Shown here piece by piece: positions 8,407 through 17,904 of a stretch of 50,253 bases of DNA. Within the stretch, counting starts at the first letter, position 1. Each line of letters starts with the position of its first letter. Position numbers and translations under genes: made by a program. Below the pieces are notes generated by a model. The model made no database searches and was not told where the DNA came from. It saw nothing but the letters and a program-made list of their open reading frames with translations. This DNA comes from Candidatus Omnitrophota bacterium (GTDB taxonomy: Bacteria > Omnitrophota > Gorgyraeia > Zapsychrales > Fredricksoniimonadaceae). The stretch spans positions 1 to 50,253 of the forward strand of contig JABDFL010000005.1 in the NCBI GenBank assembly GCA_013286575.1. Reading direction: 5' to 3'.

Positions 8407-11400
8407 ATGAGCACTTCCGAATTTGTTCATCTTCATGTCCATACCCAATATTCTCTTTTAGACGGCGCCTGCCGGGTGGATGAGCTGGTTAAAAAGGCCG
8501 CAGGCCTCGGCATGCCGGCCTTAGGGATGACTGACCATGGCAATATGTTCGGCGCCATCCATTTTTACAAGGCCTGCCAAAAATCCAAGATCAAGCCCAT
8601 CATCGGTTGCGAAGCTTATATCACCCCTGCCAGCCGCTTTGAAAAAGACCCTGATCAAAAAAGCATTTGCCATTTGACCCTTTTGGCGGCGAGCAATGAG
8701 GGCTATGCCAATCTGATGAAATTGGTTTCCGCCTCTTATCTGGAAGGCTTTTATTATAAGCCCCGGATCGATAAAGAAATATTAGCCAGGCATGCCAAAG
8801 GCCTTATCGGCACATCGGGATGCCTTAAAGGTGAAGTGGCGGGGCATTTGCTGCGCGGCCATTTTGAAGCGGCATTGAAAGCGGCTGATGAGTACCGCCA
8901 TATTTTCGCCCAAGGGCATTATTATATCGAGCTCATGGACCATGGCATTATGGAGCAAAAAAAGGTCAATGAAGATCTCATCAAAATTGCCAAACAATTG
9001 AATTTGCCTCTGGTGGCCAGCAATGATGTGCATTATATCGAGCAGGGACAGTCCATGGCGCATGAGACCCTGCTTTGCATCCAAACGCAGACGACCTTGG
9101 GAGATCCTAACCGCATGCGTTTTGCCACTGACCAGTTTTATTTTAAAGAGCCCGAGGCCATGAAAACAATTTTTGACGGGGTTCCTGATGCTGTCAGCAA
9201 TACTTTGTTAATAGCAGAGCAATGCAATCTGAAGCTGGATTTCGACCAGTATCATCTGCCGCGGTATGAAGTGCCTCAGGGCGCTGATGCTAAATCTTAT
9301 TTAACGGCACTTTGTGAAAAAGGTTTTTTGCACCGCTATCCTGCGGGTGTGGATAATGCCCTGCGCCAACGCCTGGAGCATGAGATCAAGACCATCAGTG
9401 ACATGGGCTTTGTCAGTTATTTTTTAATCGTCTGGGATTTTATCAACTATGCCAAGTCCATTGGCGTTCCCGTTGGCCCCGGCCGCGGTTCTGCCGCCGG
9501 CAGCCTGGTTTCTTATTTACTGGGGATCACGGACCTTGATCCAATTAAATACGGCCTCTTGTTTGAACGTTTCATGAATCCCGGGCGCAAAAGCATGCCG
9601 GACATTGATATTGATTTTTGTTATGAACGGCGGGGCGAGATCATTGATTATGTCACGAAAAAATACGGTTCCTCTAATGTGGCCCAGATCATCACCTTTG
9701 GTTCCATGCAGGCCAAGGCGGCCGTGCGTGATGTGGGCCGGGCCATGGGCATGCCGTATCCGGACGTTGACCGCATTGCTAAACTTATCCCCAATGAGAT
9801 CGGCATTACCCTTGAACAGGCATTAAACGTGGAGCCGCAATTACGGGAGGCTGTTGAATTTGATAAAATAGCCAAGCAATTGCTGACCACGGCCCAGGTT
9901 TTGGAGGGCTTGAACCGTCACGCGTCCATCCATGCGGCAGGGGTGGTGATTTCAGATAAGCCCCTGACAGAGTATGTTCCTTTATTTAAAAGCTCTGACG
10001 GGCAGGTCACCACCGCCTATGATATGGATGGGATCTCCCAAATAGGCCTTTTGAAAATGGATTTTTTGGGCTTAAGGACGCTGACCGTCATCACCGAATC
10101 ACTCAAGCTCATCAAACAGCATCGAGGCATAGACATTGACATTGATGCGCTTTCGCTCGACGACAAAAAAGCCTATGAGATGTTGGCGCGGGGCAATGCC
10201 ATGGGTGTCTTCCAACTGGAAAGTGGGGGCATGCGGGACCTTTTAAAGAAAATGAAGGCCTCGGAGTTTGAAGACCTGATATCCATCAATGCCTTGTACC
10301 GTCCCGGCCCCATGGGTTCGGGCATGCTGGATGATTTTATCAAACGCAAGCGGGGAGAGCAGAAGATTTCCTATCCGCATCCCAAACTGGAAGCGGTGCT
10401 TAAACCAACTTACGGCATCATTCTTTATCAGGAACAGGTCATGCAGATCGCCTCTGTCATCGCGGGTTTCAGCATGGCCCAGGCCGATGATTTGCGCAAG
10501 GCCATGGGCAAGAAAATACCGGCGGAAATGCAAAAAATGCGCTCCTTTTTTATAGAAGGCTGTGCCAAGACCAGTCTTATGACAGAAGCTCAGGCCAATC
10601 AGTTATTTGATCTGATCGACTTTTTCGCCGGGTATGGTTTTAACCGCAGCCATTCCGCGGCCTATTCGCTTATCAGCTACCGTACGGCGTATTTAAAGGC
10701 CAATTATCCGGTTGAGTTTATGGCAGCGCTTTTGACATCTGAAAAAGACAACACCGATAAGGTGGTTGAATACGTTAAAGAGTCCGGGGCCATGGGGATC
10801 AGTATTTTGCCTCCGGATGTTAATCATAGTTTGGCCCAATTTACCGTTGAGAAAAAAAATGCCATCCGTTACGGTTTGCTGGCAGTCAAGAATATCGGCG
10901 CCGGGGCCATTGAGTCCATGGTCCGTGCCAGGGCTGAAGGAGGGCCTTTTACTTCCATTTTTGATTTTTGCCGCCGCATTGACCTGCGTTTGAATAACCG
11001 TAAAGTCCTGGAAAGCCTGATCAAGTCCGGGGCTTTTGATGCTTTTCATTGCCGGCGCTCCCAGATGATGGCGGTCCTGGAAAGGGCCCTGGAAGCCGGC
11101 ACCCGCGGGCAAAAAGAAAAAGAGATCGGCCAGTTTTCCTTTTTTAGCATGGGGCAGGAAGAAAGCGGTTTTGGCCCCAATGACGAAACCTTCCCTGATA
11201 TTCCGGAATGGCCGCAGGCCCAGATACTGGGTTATGAAAAATCTTTGTTGGGGTTTTATTTAAGCGGGCATCCTTTGGACCGCTACAAAACTGAAATTGA
11301 GAAATTTGCGGATTTTACAACGAGCAATATCAAAGGTGCGCGTGACGGGCAGGAAGCGCGGATGATCGGGCTGATCACATCCGTCAAATTGACCAGCACC

Positions 11401-11844
11401 AAAAAGACCAATGAGCGCATGGCCATTGTGGGGCTGGAGGACATCGACGGGGAAATGGAGCTGGTGATCTTCCCTTCCAGTTATACGCAAACAGCTTCTT
11501 ACCTGAAAGAAAATACAGTGGTGGTGGTCAAAGGCAAGGTGAGTTTCCGCGATGGTTTTCCCAAGATGATAGCCAGTGAAATGGCGGGTATTGATGAGGT
11601 TTATGACCTGATCAAATCCGTGCAGGTGGATTTGTCGCAAACAGGCCAGTCCGGTTTTGAAAAACTGAAAGAAAAGCTGGCGCGTTTCCCGGGCAAAATC
11701 CCGGTTTATGTGCAGGTGGACACGAATAATTACAAACGGGTGCAAATTTTAGTGGGCGAAGATTTGTTTGTCACTCCCAGTGAAATTTTGATGGAAGAAA
11801 TCAAGGTTTTAGTCGGAGAAAACAATTTTTCGTTGACACTGTAA
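8407..11844 (+). CDS. dnaE: DNA polymerase III alpha subunit
   Basis: PHP motif HLHVHTQYSLLDG, GPGRGSAAGS, PDIDIDF, KMDFLGL, YGFNRSH and OB fold. ATG 8407 is preferred over TTG 8398. Confidence 0.98.
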   Translation: MSTSEFVHLHVHTQYSLLDGACRVDELVKKAAGLGMPALGMTDHGNMFGAIHFYKACQKSKIKPIIGCEAYITPASRFEKDPDQKSICHLTLLAASNEGYANLMKLVSASYLEGFYYKPRIDKEILARHAKGLIGTSGCLKGEVAGHLLRGHFEAALKAADEYRHIFAQGHYYIELMDHGIMEQKKVNEDLIKIAKQLNLPLVASNDVHYIEQGQSMAHETLLCIQTQTTLGDPNRMRFATDQFYFKEPEAMKTIFDGVPDAVSNTLLIAEQCNLKLDFDQYHLPRYEVPQGADAKSYLTALCEKGFLHRYPAGVDNALRQRLEHEIKTISDMGFVSYFLIVWDFINYAKSIGVPVGPGRGSAAGSLVSYLLGITDLDPIKYGLLFERFMNPGRKSMPDIDIDFCYERRGEIIDYVTKKYGSSNVAQIITFGSMQAKAAVRDVGRAMGMPYPDVDRIAKLIPNEIGITLEQALNVEPQLREAVEFDKIAKQLLTTAQVLEGLNRHASIHAAGVVISDKPLTEYVPLFKSSDGQVTTAYDMDGISQIGLLKMDFLGLRTLTVITESLKLIKQHRGIDIDIDALSLDDKKAYEMLARGNAMGVFQLESGGMRDLLKKMKASEFEDLISINALYRPGPMGSGMLDDFIKRKRGEQKISYPHPKLEAVLKPTYGIILYQEQVMQIASVIAGFSMAQADDLRKAMGKKIPAEMQKMRSFFIEGCAKTSLMTEAQANQLFDLIDFFAGYGFNRSHSAAYSLISYRTAYLKANYPVEFMAALLTSEKDNTDKVVEYVKESGAMGISILPPDVNHSLAQFTVEKKNAIRYGLLAVKNIGAGAIESMVRARAEGGPFTSIFDFCRRIDLRLNNRKVLESLIKSGAFDAFHCRRSQMMAVLERALEAGTRGQKEKEIGQFSFFSMGQEESGFGPNDETFPDIPEWPQAQILGYEKSLLGFYLSGHPLDRYKTEIEKFADFTTSNIKGARDGQEARMIGLITSVKLTSTKKTNERMAIVGLEDIDGEMELVIFPSSYTQTASYLKENTVVVVKGKVSFRDGFPKMIASEMAGIDEVYDLIKSVQVDLSQTGQSGFEKLKEKLARFPGKIPVYVQVDTNNYKRVQILVGEDLFVTPSEILMEEIKVLVGENNFSLTL

Positions 11845-11861
11845 GTCCTTGTTGGTACTAT
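11833..11861 (+). promoter_or_regulatory. sigma70 promoter for the HU/IHF gene
   Basis: TTGACA (11833-11838), 17-bp spacer, TACTAT (11856-11861). Confidence 0.7.
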
Positions 11862-11916
11862 AGTTGCAATTAAATTTGAACCATATGCATTTGTCATCGC
11901 CGAAGGAGAGTTTTTA

Positions 11917-12189
11917 ATGACGAAAAAAGATATTGTGTTAAAAATAACTGACGCAACCGGTATCAAACAGGTGGATGTTAAAAAGATCGTGCAGAAGACT
12001 TTTGATGTGATCGTCGATTCCTTGATGCAGGGTGACAAGGTGGAGTTGCGCAATTTTGGGGTTTTTAAGATCAAAGAGCGTCGCGCCCGTTTCGGTCGCA
12101 ATCCCCGCACGGGACAAAGCGTTCCCGTCCCTCCCCGGAAAGTAGTGGTCTTTAAGTCCGGTTTAGAAATGAAGCAGAAAGTCAAATAA
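11917..12189 (+). CDS. HU/IHF-family DNA-binding protein
   Basis: MTKKDIV, VELRNFGVF, GRNPRTG; RBS AAGGAG. Confidence 0.95.
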   Translation: MTKKDIVLKITDATGIKQVDVKKIVQKTFDVIVDSLMQGDKVELRNFGVFKIKERRARFGRNPRTGQSVPVPPRKVVVFKSGLEMKQKVK

Positions 12190-12204
12190 GGCCGGGAAAT
12201 CTAC

Positions 12205-13479
12205 GTGAATAATACCTTCAATGTCCCCCGCGGGACATCCGATATATTACCCGACGCTGTTCCTCTCTGGGAAGCCTTAGAATTCCTGGCCCGCAAAATC
12301 TGCAAGTCATACGGCTACAGAGAAATCCGTACGCCTGTTTATGAGGATGTTAACCTTTTTAAAAGGTCCTTAGGGGCAACCACTGATGTGGTCAATAAAC
12401 AGCTTCTGGAATTGGCTTCTGCTAAAGAAGACGAAGGATATGCTTTGCGGCCGGAGGGTACTGCTTCGGTGATGCGTTCTTATATTGAGAATAGTTTTGA
12501 CAAAAAAGAACGGTTGTCCAAATTTTTTTATATCGGCCCCATGTTTCGCGGGGAGCGTCCACAGAAAGGCAGGCTGCGTCAGTTTCACCAGATCGGAGTC
12601 GAGGCTATCAGTGTTGACGAAGCTTCCCCGTTCCTTGATGCTGAGACCATCGCTTTAGCGATGCATTTGTTAAGGGAATTCGGGGTCAAAGACCCGCAAT
12701 TAAAGATCAACAGTTTGGGTTCTAAGGAGGATAAAGCGCGCATTTCGGACTGGCTGCGGGGTGAATTTGCTAAACATAAAGATAAATTATGCGTCGATTG
12801 CCGCGAGCGTTTTGAACGCAATGTGTTTCGCGTGCTGGATTGTAAAAATGAATCCTGCCGTAAAGTGGTGGCCTCTGTTGTCAAGGACCTGCCGCTGTCG
12901 GTCCCGTCCCAAGAATATTTTAGCAAGGTACAGGCGGCACTCACCAGCATTAAAATCCCTTTTGAAGTCTCGCCGCATTTGGTGCGCGGCTTGGATTATT
13001 ATACGCATACGGTGTTTGAAATCACGGCAGCAGGCCGGTTGGGCAGCCAGGATGCTGTTGGTGCCGGCGGGCGCTATAGCACATTAGCGTTTGAATTAGG
13101 CGGTGCGGAGAACATCAGAGGGATCGGCTTTGCGTTGGGCATAGAACGTATTTTATTGGCCCTGGGTGAAGCGCCCATTGAACTGGCCCGTGTGGATGTC
13201 TTTATCATGGCCATGAAGGAAGAATACCAGCCATTGATTTTTTTAGTGTTGCAGTTGCTTAGAAAAGCAGGCATCAGCGCAGATATGGGTTTTGTGTGCG
13301 GGTCCATGAAGTCTCAAATGGGCCGTGCGGATAAAGCAGGGGCGCGTTTTGCGTTGATCGTCGGAGAAGATGAAGTCAAAAATAATTCCATTGCCGTCAA
13401 AGACATGCAAAACTCAACCCAGGAAACAGTGGCGTTGGCCGATATTGTAGAACATTTAGGAAAGGTTTTGTCATCATGA
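12205..13479 (+). CDS. hisS: Histidine-tRNA ligase
   Basis: PRGTSD, LRPEGTA, FRGERPQKGRLRQFHQ, VRGLDYY, GGRY, GIERI. Confidence 0.97.
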   Translation: MNNTFNVPRGTSDILPDAVPLWEALEFLARKICKSYGYREIRTPVYEDVNLFKRSLGATTDVVNKQLLELASAKEDEGYALRPEGTASVMRSYIENSFDKKERLSKFFYIGPMFRGERPQKGRLRQFHQIGVEAISVDEASPFLDAETIALAMHLLREFGVKDPQLKINSLGSKEDKARISDWLRGEFAKHKDKLCVDCRERFERNVFRVLDCKNESCRKVVASVVKDLPLSVPSQEYFSKVQAALTSIKIPFEVSPHLVRGLDYYTHTVFEITAAGRLGSQDAVGAGGRYSTLAFELGGAENIRGIGFALGIERILLALGEAPIELARVDVFIMAMKEEYQPLIFLVLQLLRKAGISADMGFVCGSMKSQMGRADKAGARFALIVGEDEVKNNSIAVKDMQNSTQETVALADIVEHLGKVLSS

Positions 13480-14873
13480 GAACGCATACGTGTGGGGAAT
13501 TGAACAAGAATTTTAAAGACCAGGAAGTGACCCTTTGCGGCTGGGTGCATCGCCGCCGGGACCACGGCAAGCTTATTTTTATTGATATCCGCGACCGTTA
13601 TGGCATTACCCAGGTTGTCTTTGTCCCTTCGGTCAGTCCCGAAGCGCATACTGAAGCGCAAAAATTAGGGCCTGAATTCGTCGTCAAGATAACCGGCACG
13701 GTCAATGTCCGTCCGCCCAAGAATGTTAATCCGGATGCCCTGACAGGGGACATTGAGTTGCTCGCTAAAAAATTAGAGATCCTGAATACCGCCAAGGTAC
13801 CGGTGTTTGAAATCGATGATAATATCGAGGCGGCAGAGGATTTACGCCTGACCTACCGTTACCTGGACATCCGCCGTAAAAAGGTGCGTGATTCCCTGGT
13901 TTTGCGCCATCATATATGCAGTTCCATGCGTAATTTCTTGAATGGTGAAAAGTTTACTGAGATTGAAACGCCTGTACTGACCAAATCAACGCCTGAGGGG
14001 GCGCGTGACTTTTTGGTGCCTTCACGCCTGACGCCGGGAAGTTTTTACGCCCTGCCGCAGTCCCCGCAACTGTTCAAGCAGATCCTCATGGTCTCGGGCA
14101 TGGACCGTTATTATCAGATCGTCAAATGTTTCCGTGATGAAGACCTGCGCGCCGACCGCCAGCCGGAATTCACCCAGCTTGATATGGAGATGTCCTTTGT
14201 GGACCAGGAGTTTATTTTTGATTTGACCGAACGGATGTATAAACAAATATTTAAAGAAGTCCTGAATATTGATTTACCCATACCGTTTGCGCGCATGACC
14301 CACGCCGAGGCGCAGGCCCGGCATAATTCTGATAAGCCGGACATTCGCCAGGATAAAAGCAACCCTCGCGAGTTTGCATTTTTGTGGGTTGTGGATTTTC
14401 CTTTGTTCAAGTATAATACCGAAGAAAAAAGATGGGACAGTGAACATCACCCTTTCACAGGCCTTAATCCCGAAGATGTCCATTTATTGGAGAGCGGGGA
14501 ATATGCCAGGATCCGCGGCCGTTGTTATGACCTGGTGCTCAACGGTAATGAGATCGGCAGCGGCTCGGTGCGTATTCACCGCCGGGAATTGCAGCAGAAG
14601 ATTTTTGACATCATTGGTATAGCCCCGGAAGAGGCCCAGAAGCGCTTTGGTTTTTTACTCAGGGCCTTTGAATACGGCGCGCCGCCGCACGCAGGGGTGG
14701 CCTATGGCATTGACCGTGTCGTGACGATCATCACCGGCAATGAATCCATCCGCGACTGCATCGCTTTCCCCAAGACCCAAAAAGGGACATGCCTGATGAC
14801 AGACGCGCCGTCCGATGTGGATGCCAAGCAGTTAAAAGATTTAGGTTTAGTCGCTTTAAAGAAAAATAATTGA
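13476..14873 (+). CDS. aspS: Aspartate-tRNA ligase, short form lacking the GAD insertion; probably non-discriminating
   Basis: MRTHTCGEL, RRRDHG, STPEGARDF, LPQSPQLFKQ, FRDEDLRADRQPEFTQ, PPHAG; only 465 aa. Confidence 0.95.
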   Translation: MRTHTCGELNKNFKDQEVTLCGWVHRRRDHGKLIFIDIRDRYGITQVVFVPSVSPEAHTEAQKLGPEFVVKITGTVNVRPPKNVNPDALTGDIELLAKKLEILNTAKVPVFEIDDNIEAAEDLRLTYRYLDIRRKKVRDSLVLRHHICSSMRNFLNGEKFTEIETPVLTKSTPEGARDFLVPSRLTPGSFYALPQSPQLFKQILMVSGMDRYYQIVKCFRDEDLRADRQPEFTQLDMEMSFVDQEFIFDLTERMYKQIFKEVLNIDLPIPFARMTHAEAQARHNSDKPDIRQDKSNPREFAFLWVVDFPLFKYNTEEKRWDSEHHPFTGLNPEDVHLLESGEYARIRGRCYDLVLNGNEIGSGSVRIHRRELQQKIFDIIGIAPEEAQKRFGFLLRAFEYGAPPHAGVAYGIDRVVTIITGNESIRDCIAFPKTQKGTCLMTDAPSDVDAKQLKDLGLVALKKNN

Positions 14874-14881
14874 CCCGTAGG

Positions 14882-14911
14882 GTCATCCTCGAATGTTTTA
14901 ATCGGGGATCT
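14882..14911. repeat. GTCAT-headed REP-like palindrome
   Basis: GTCATCCTCGAATGTTTTAATCGGGGATCT; same architecture as 30772-30796. Confidence 0.55.
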
Positions 14912-14928
14912 AATCCAGGAGATGAGTC

Positions 14929-15543
14929 ATGTTAAAGAAAAATTTAGCCCTTATTACTTTAGTGATTTTTGCCGCAGGTTGCGGTTTGGAGGCAAAGACG
15001 TATGTGATCACTAAGGACCGTGTTGGATTAGGCCAAAGCACCGGTAACGGCGGCTGTATAGTGGGAACATGCCCTCCGCCGCCGGCCCCGAAAGAAACGA
15101 CCCGTAAGGTTTATGTGCTGGAGATAACCAAGCCTGTCCCGGAATCCGAGGTGCAAAAAATAGAGGAAACCGCGGTCAACGCGATCGCGGATTCCCAAAC
15201 GCCTCCGGCTGCTGATACAACACCTGCCCCGGCGGCACCCGCAGCAACGGACAATGCCCAGCCGGCTGTGGCGCCTCAACCGGTTGTTCCTGTTGTCGGG
15301 GAATTGCCCGGCACTGTACCGGCAGAAGCATCCGCGCCATCTGAGCCTGTCGAGCAAAACGGCGGAAACATGCAAGCGCAGACCTACACGGTGCAAAAAG
15401 ATGATACCTTGCAGAAAATCTCGAAGAAGCTTTTCGGTACCTATGCCAAATGGTATAAAATTTACAAGGCCAATAAAGATAAAATTGAAAATCCGAATAT
15501 TCTCAAACCCGGCACAGTGCTGACTATTCCGGCCGCTAAATAA
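14929..15543 (+). CDS. LysM-domain lipoprotein with a Pro/Ala-rich linker
   Basis: Lipobox FAAG-C; C-terminal LysM YTVQKDDTLQKIS...NPNILKPGTVLTIP. Confidence 0.9.
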   Translation: MLKKNLALITLVIFAAGCGLEAKTYVITKDRVGLGQSTGNGGCIVGTCPPPPAPKETTRKVYVLEITKPVPESEVQKIEETAVNAIADSQTPPAADTTPAPAAPAATDNAQPAVAPQPVVPVVGELPGTVPAEASAPSEPVEQNGGNMQAQTYTVQKDDTLQKISKKLFGTYAKWYKIYKANKDKIENPNILKPGTVLTIPAAK

Positions 15544-15556
15544 AGAAAGGGCATTA

Positions 15557-16528
15557 ATGGATTTTCGTCTGGTCTTTGATAATAACCGCGATTTACAGCT
15601 GCTCTTTGGACGTTATGATCAAAATTTAAAGATTATCGAGAAGGAATTGGGGGTCCGTATTGTCCGCTCCGAGGACGGCATTAAGATCATCGGCTCTGAT
15701 CCCCAGGTCCAGATCGCCCGTGAACTTTTCCATTACTTGATGACCTTTGTCGAGAAGGGCAAGGATGTCAAGAAGGCGGACATTGTTTATGCCCTGCGCC
15801 TGGTGGATAAAGAAAAAGAAATTGATTTTAAGCGCTTGGCCAAGGAAAAGATCGAAGTTTCGGTGCAAGGCGGTTTGATCACCCCCAAGACCAAGGGGCA
15901 GATCGAATACATTGAAGCCATTAAGAATAATGATCTGGTTTTTTGTATCGGTCCCGCCGGTACCGGAAAAACCTATTTAGCCATTGCCATGGCGGTCAAT
16001 GCCCTTAAAAAAGGGCTGGTGCGCCGCATTATCCTGACCCGTCCGGCCGTGGAAGCCGGGGAGAACCTGGGTTTTTTGCCCGGGGACATGGTGGAAAAAG
16101 TATTGCCGTACCTGCGCCCGTTATACGATGCTCTTTATGACATGATGGAGCCTGAAAAAGTTGAGCATTACAGCGAGCAGGGTATTATTGAAGTGGCCCC
16201 TTTGGCCTTTATGCGCGGGCGTACGCTCAACGAAGCTTTTGTCATTTTGGATGAAGCCCAAAATGCCAGGCCTGACCAGATGAAAATGTTTTTGACACGC
16301 ATGGGTTTTGATTCCAAGGTCGTGGTGATAGGGGACGTGACCCAAAGTGATTTACCGGCACCGGAAAATAATGGTTTGGCTGAGGCCAACCGGGTTTTGG
16401 GCAATGTGCCTGAGATCAAATTTATCCATTTGACCAGCGAAGACACTGTCCGCCATGAATTGGTGCAGAAGATCATCGAAGCCTACGCGCAAACCAACGG
16501 CAACCACAAGCAGACGTCACATCAATGA
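15557..16528 (+). CDS. phoH: PhoH-family ATPase
   Basis: GPAGTGKT, TRPAVEAGENLGFLPG, MRGRT, DEAQN, GDVTQSD. Confidence 0.95.
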   Translation: MDFRLVFDNNRDLQLLFGRYDQNLKIIEKELGVRIVRSEDGIKIIGSDPQVQIARELFHYLMTFVEKGKDVKKADIVYALRLVDKEKEIDFKRLAKEKIEVSVQGGLITPKTKGQIEYIEAIKNNDLVFCIGPAGTGKTYLAIAMAVNALKKGLVRRIILTRPAVEAGENLGFLPGDMVEKVLPYLRPLYDALYDMMEPEKVEHYSEQGIIEVAPLAFMRGRTLNEAFVILDEAQNARPDQMKMFLTRMGFDSKVVVIGDVTQSDLPAPENNGLAEANRVLGNVPEIKFIHLTSEDTVRHELVQKIIEAYAQTNGNHKQTSHQ

Positions 16529-17904
16529 GTTCTTTAAAAAATAATTCCATCTCCCGTGATCAAATCATCATGGTGGCCATTACCTTCCTGGCCCTGGTGA
16601 TTTTATGCTACTTCACTGGGTTTTCTTTGCTCATTCCTTTATTGGTGTTTTTTTTTGGCCTTCATTTATTTTATTTTAAGAAGGTCAAGCCCCGGCTCTT
16701 TCTGCATTTGGTCCTGCTGCTGGCGCTGATTGTCTTTTTGGCCCAGGCCCTTAAATCCTATACTCATCTGACCCATTTCTATTTGCCCATCGCCTCTATC
16801 GCAATGCTGGCGATGCTCTTGTTTAACGACGTGCAGATCAGTTTTATGATGGCCTTTATGAGCGCTGCCTTGGCCGGCATTGTTTTGGGGTTCGGCCTTA
16901 ATGAGACGCTGATTTTCTTTTTAGGCGGCCTGGCAGGGGCTTACAAGGTGCGTGATGCGCGCACCCGCGGGGTGCTCATTGAAGCCGGGATTTACGTTTC
17001 TATCATCCAGGTTGTATCTGCTTTATTGATCAATCCGGCGATCAATAGAGATATTTTGATGTACATTCTTAAGCCCCTGGCCATCAACGGCTTGATATGC
17101 GCTTTTGTGGTGATCGCCAGTGCCAAGATTTTTGAGACCTTGTTCGGCGAGATCACCAATTTTACGCTCCTGGAGCTTTCAGACTCTTCACATCCTTTAA
17201 TGAAGCGCATGGTGGTGGAAGCGCCGGGCTCTTATCACCACAGTTTGATCGTCAGCAATCTGGCGGAAGCAGCGGCGGATGCCATTGATGCTCATTCTCT
17301 GTTGGTCAGGGTGGGGGCGTATTATCACGATATCGGCAAAATGGCCAACCCCAAGTATTTTACGGAGAACCAGATGGTCACCGGCAATAAGCATGATGAA
17401 TTAGAACCGTCCATGAGCCGTTTGGTCATCTTCAATCATGTTAAGGAAGGCATTGATCTGGCGCACAAGTACCATTTAAACCACCGCATCATTGATTTTA
17501 TCCCTGAGCATCACGGCACAAGCCTCATGCATTATTTTTATCAAAAAGCCTTGTCCGAAGGGCACCCTGACGGCCTGGAAGAAAAAGATTACCGTTACCC
17601 GGGGCCGAAGCCGCAGAGCAAGGAAACAGCCATTGTCCTTTTGGCAGACTCTGTCGAGGGTGCTACCCGTGCCATGGATGAGCATACCCCTCAGCGCATC
17701 GAAGATGTGGTGCGTAAGGTGATCAATAATAAATTCATTGATGGCCAGCTGGATGAATGCAATTTGACATTAAGAGAAATCGATACGATCGCATCCGTCT
17801 TCGTGCGTGTTCTCAGTGCCATGTACCATGGCCGCGTCAAATATCCCGAAAAATCCAATGGAAATAACCCTGCAAAATCTTCAAAAGAAGATACTGATTC
17901 CTAA
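16525..17904 (+). CDS. Multi-TM HD-domain phosphohydrolase (PgpH/YqfF-like)
   Basis: Several TM helices, then APGSYHHS, YYHDIGK, HHGT, YPGPKPQSKE, LADSVE; lies between phoH and ybeY. Confidence 0.9.
   Translation: MSSLKNNSISRDQIIMVAITFLALVILCYFTGFSLLIPLLVFFFGLHLFYFKKVKPRLFLHLVLLLALIVFLAQALKSYTHLTHFYLPIASIAMLAMLLFNDVQISFMMAFMSAALAGIVLGFGLNETLIFFLGGLAGAYKVRDARTRGVLIEAGIYVSIIQVVSALLINPAINRDILMYILKPLAINGLICAFVVIASAKIFETLFGEITNFTLLELSDSSHPLMKRMVVEAPGSYHHSLIVSNLAEAAADAIDAHSLLVRVGAYYHDIGKMANPKYFTENQMVTGNKHDELEPSMSRLVIFNHVKEGIDLAHKYHLNHRIIDFIPEHHGTSLMHYFYQKALSEGHPDGLEEKDYRYPGPKPQSKETAIVLLADSVEGATRAMDEHTPQRIEDVVRKVINNKFIDGQLDECNLTLREIDTIASVFVRVLSAMYHGRVKYPEKSNGNNPAKSSKEDTDS

Noticed and set aside
8407-11844. 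Intein or split in dnaE
   Set aside because: The length is normal (about 1145 aa) and the usual insertion region YGFNRSH is uninterrupted.
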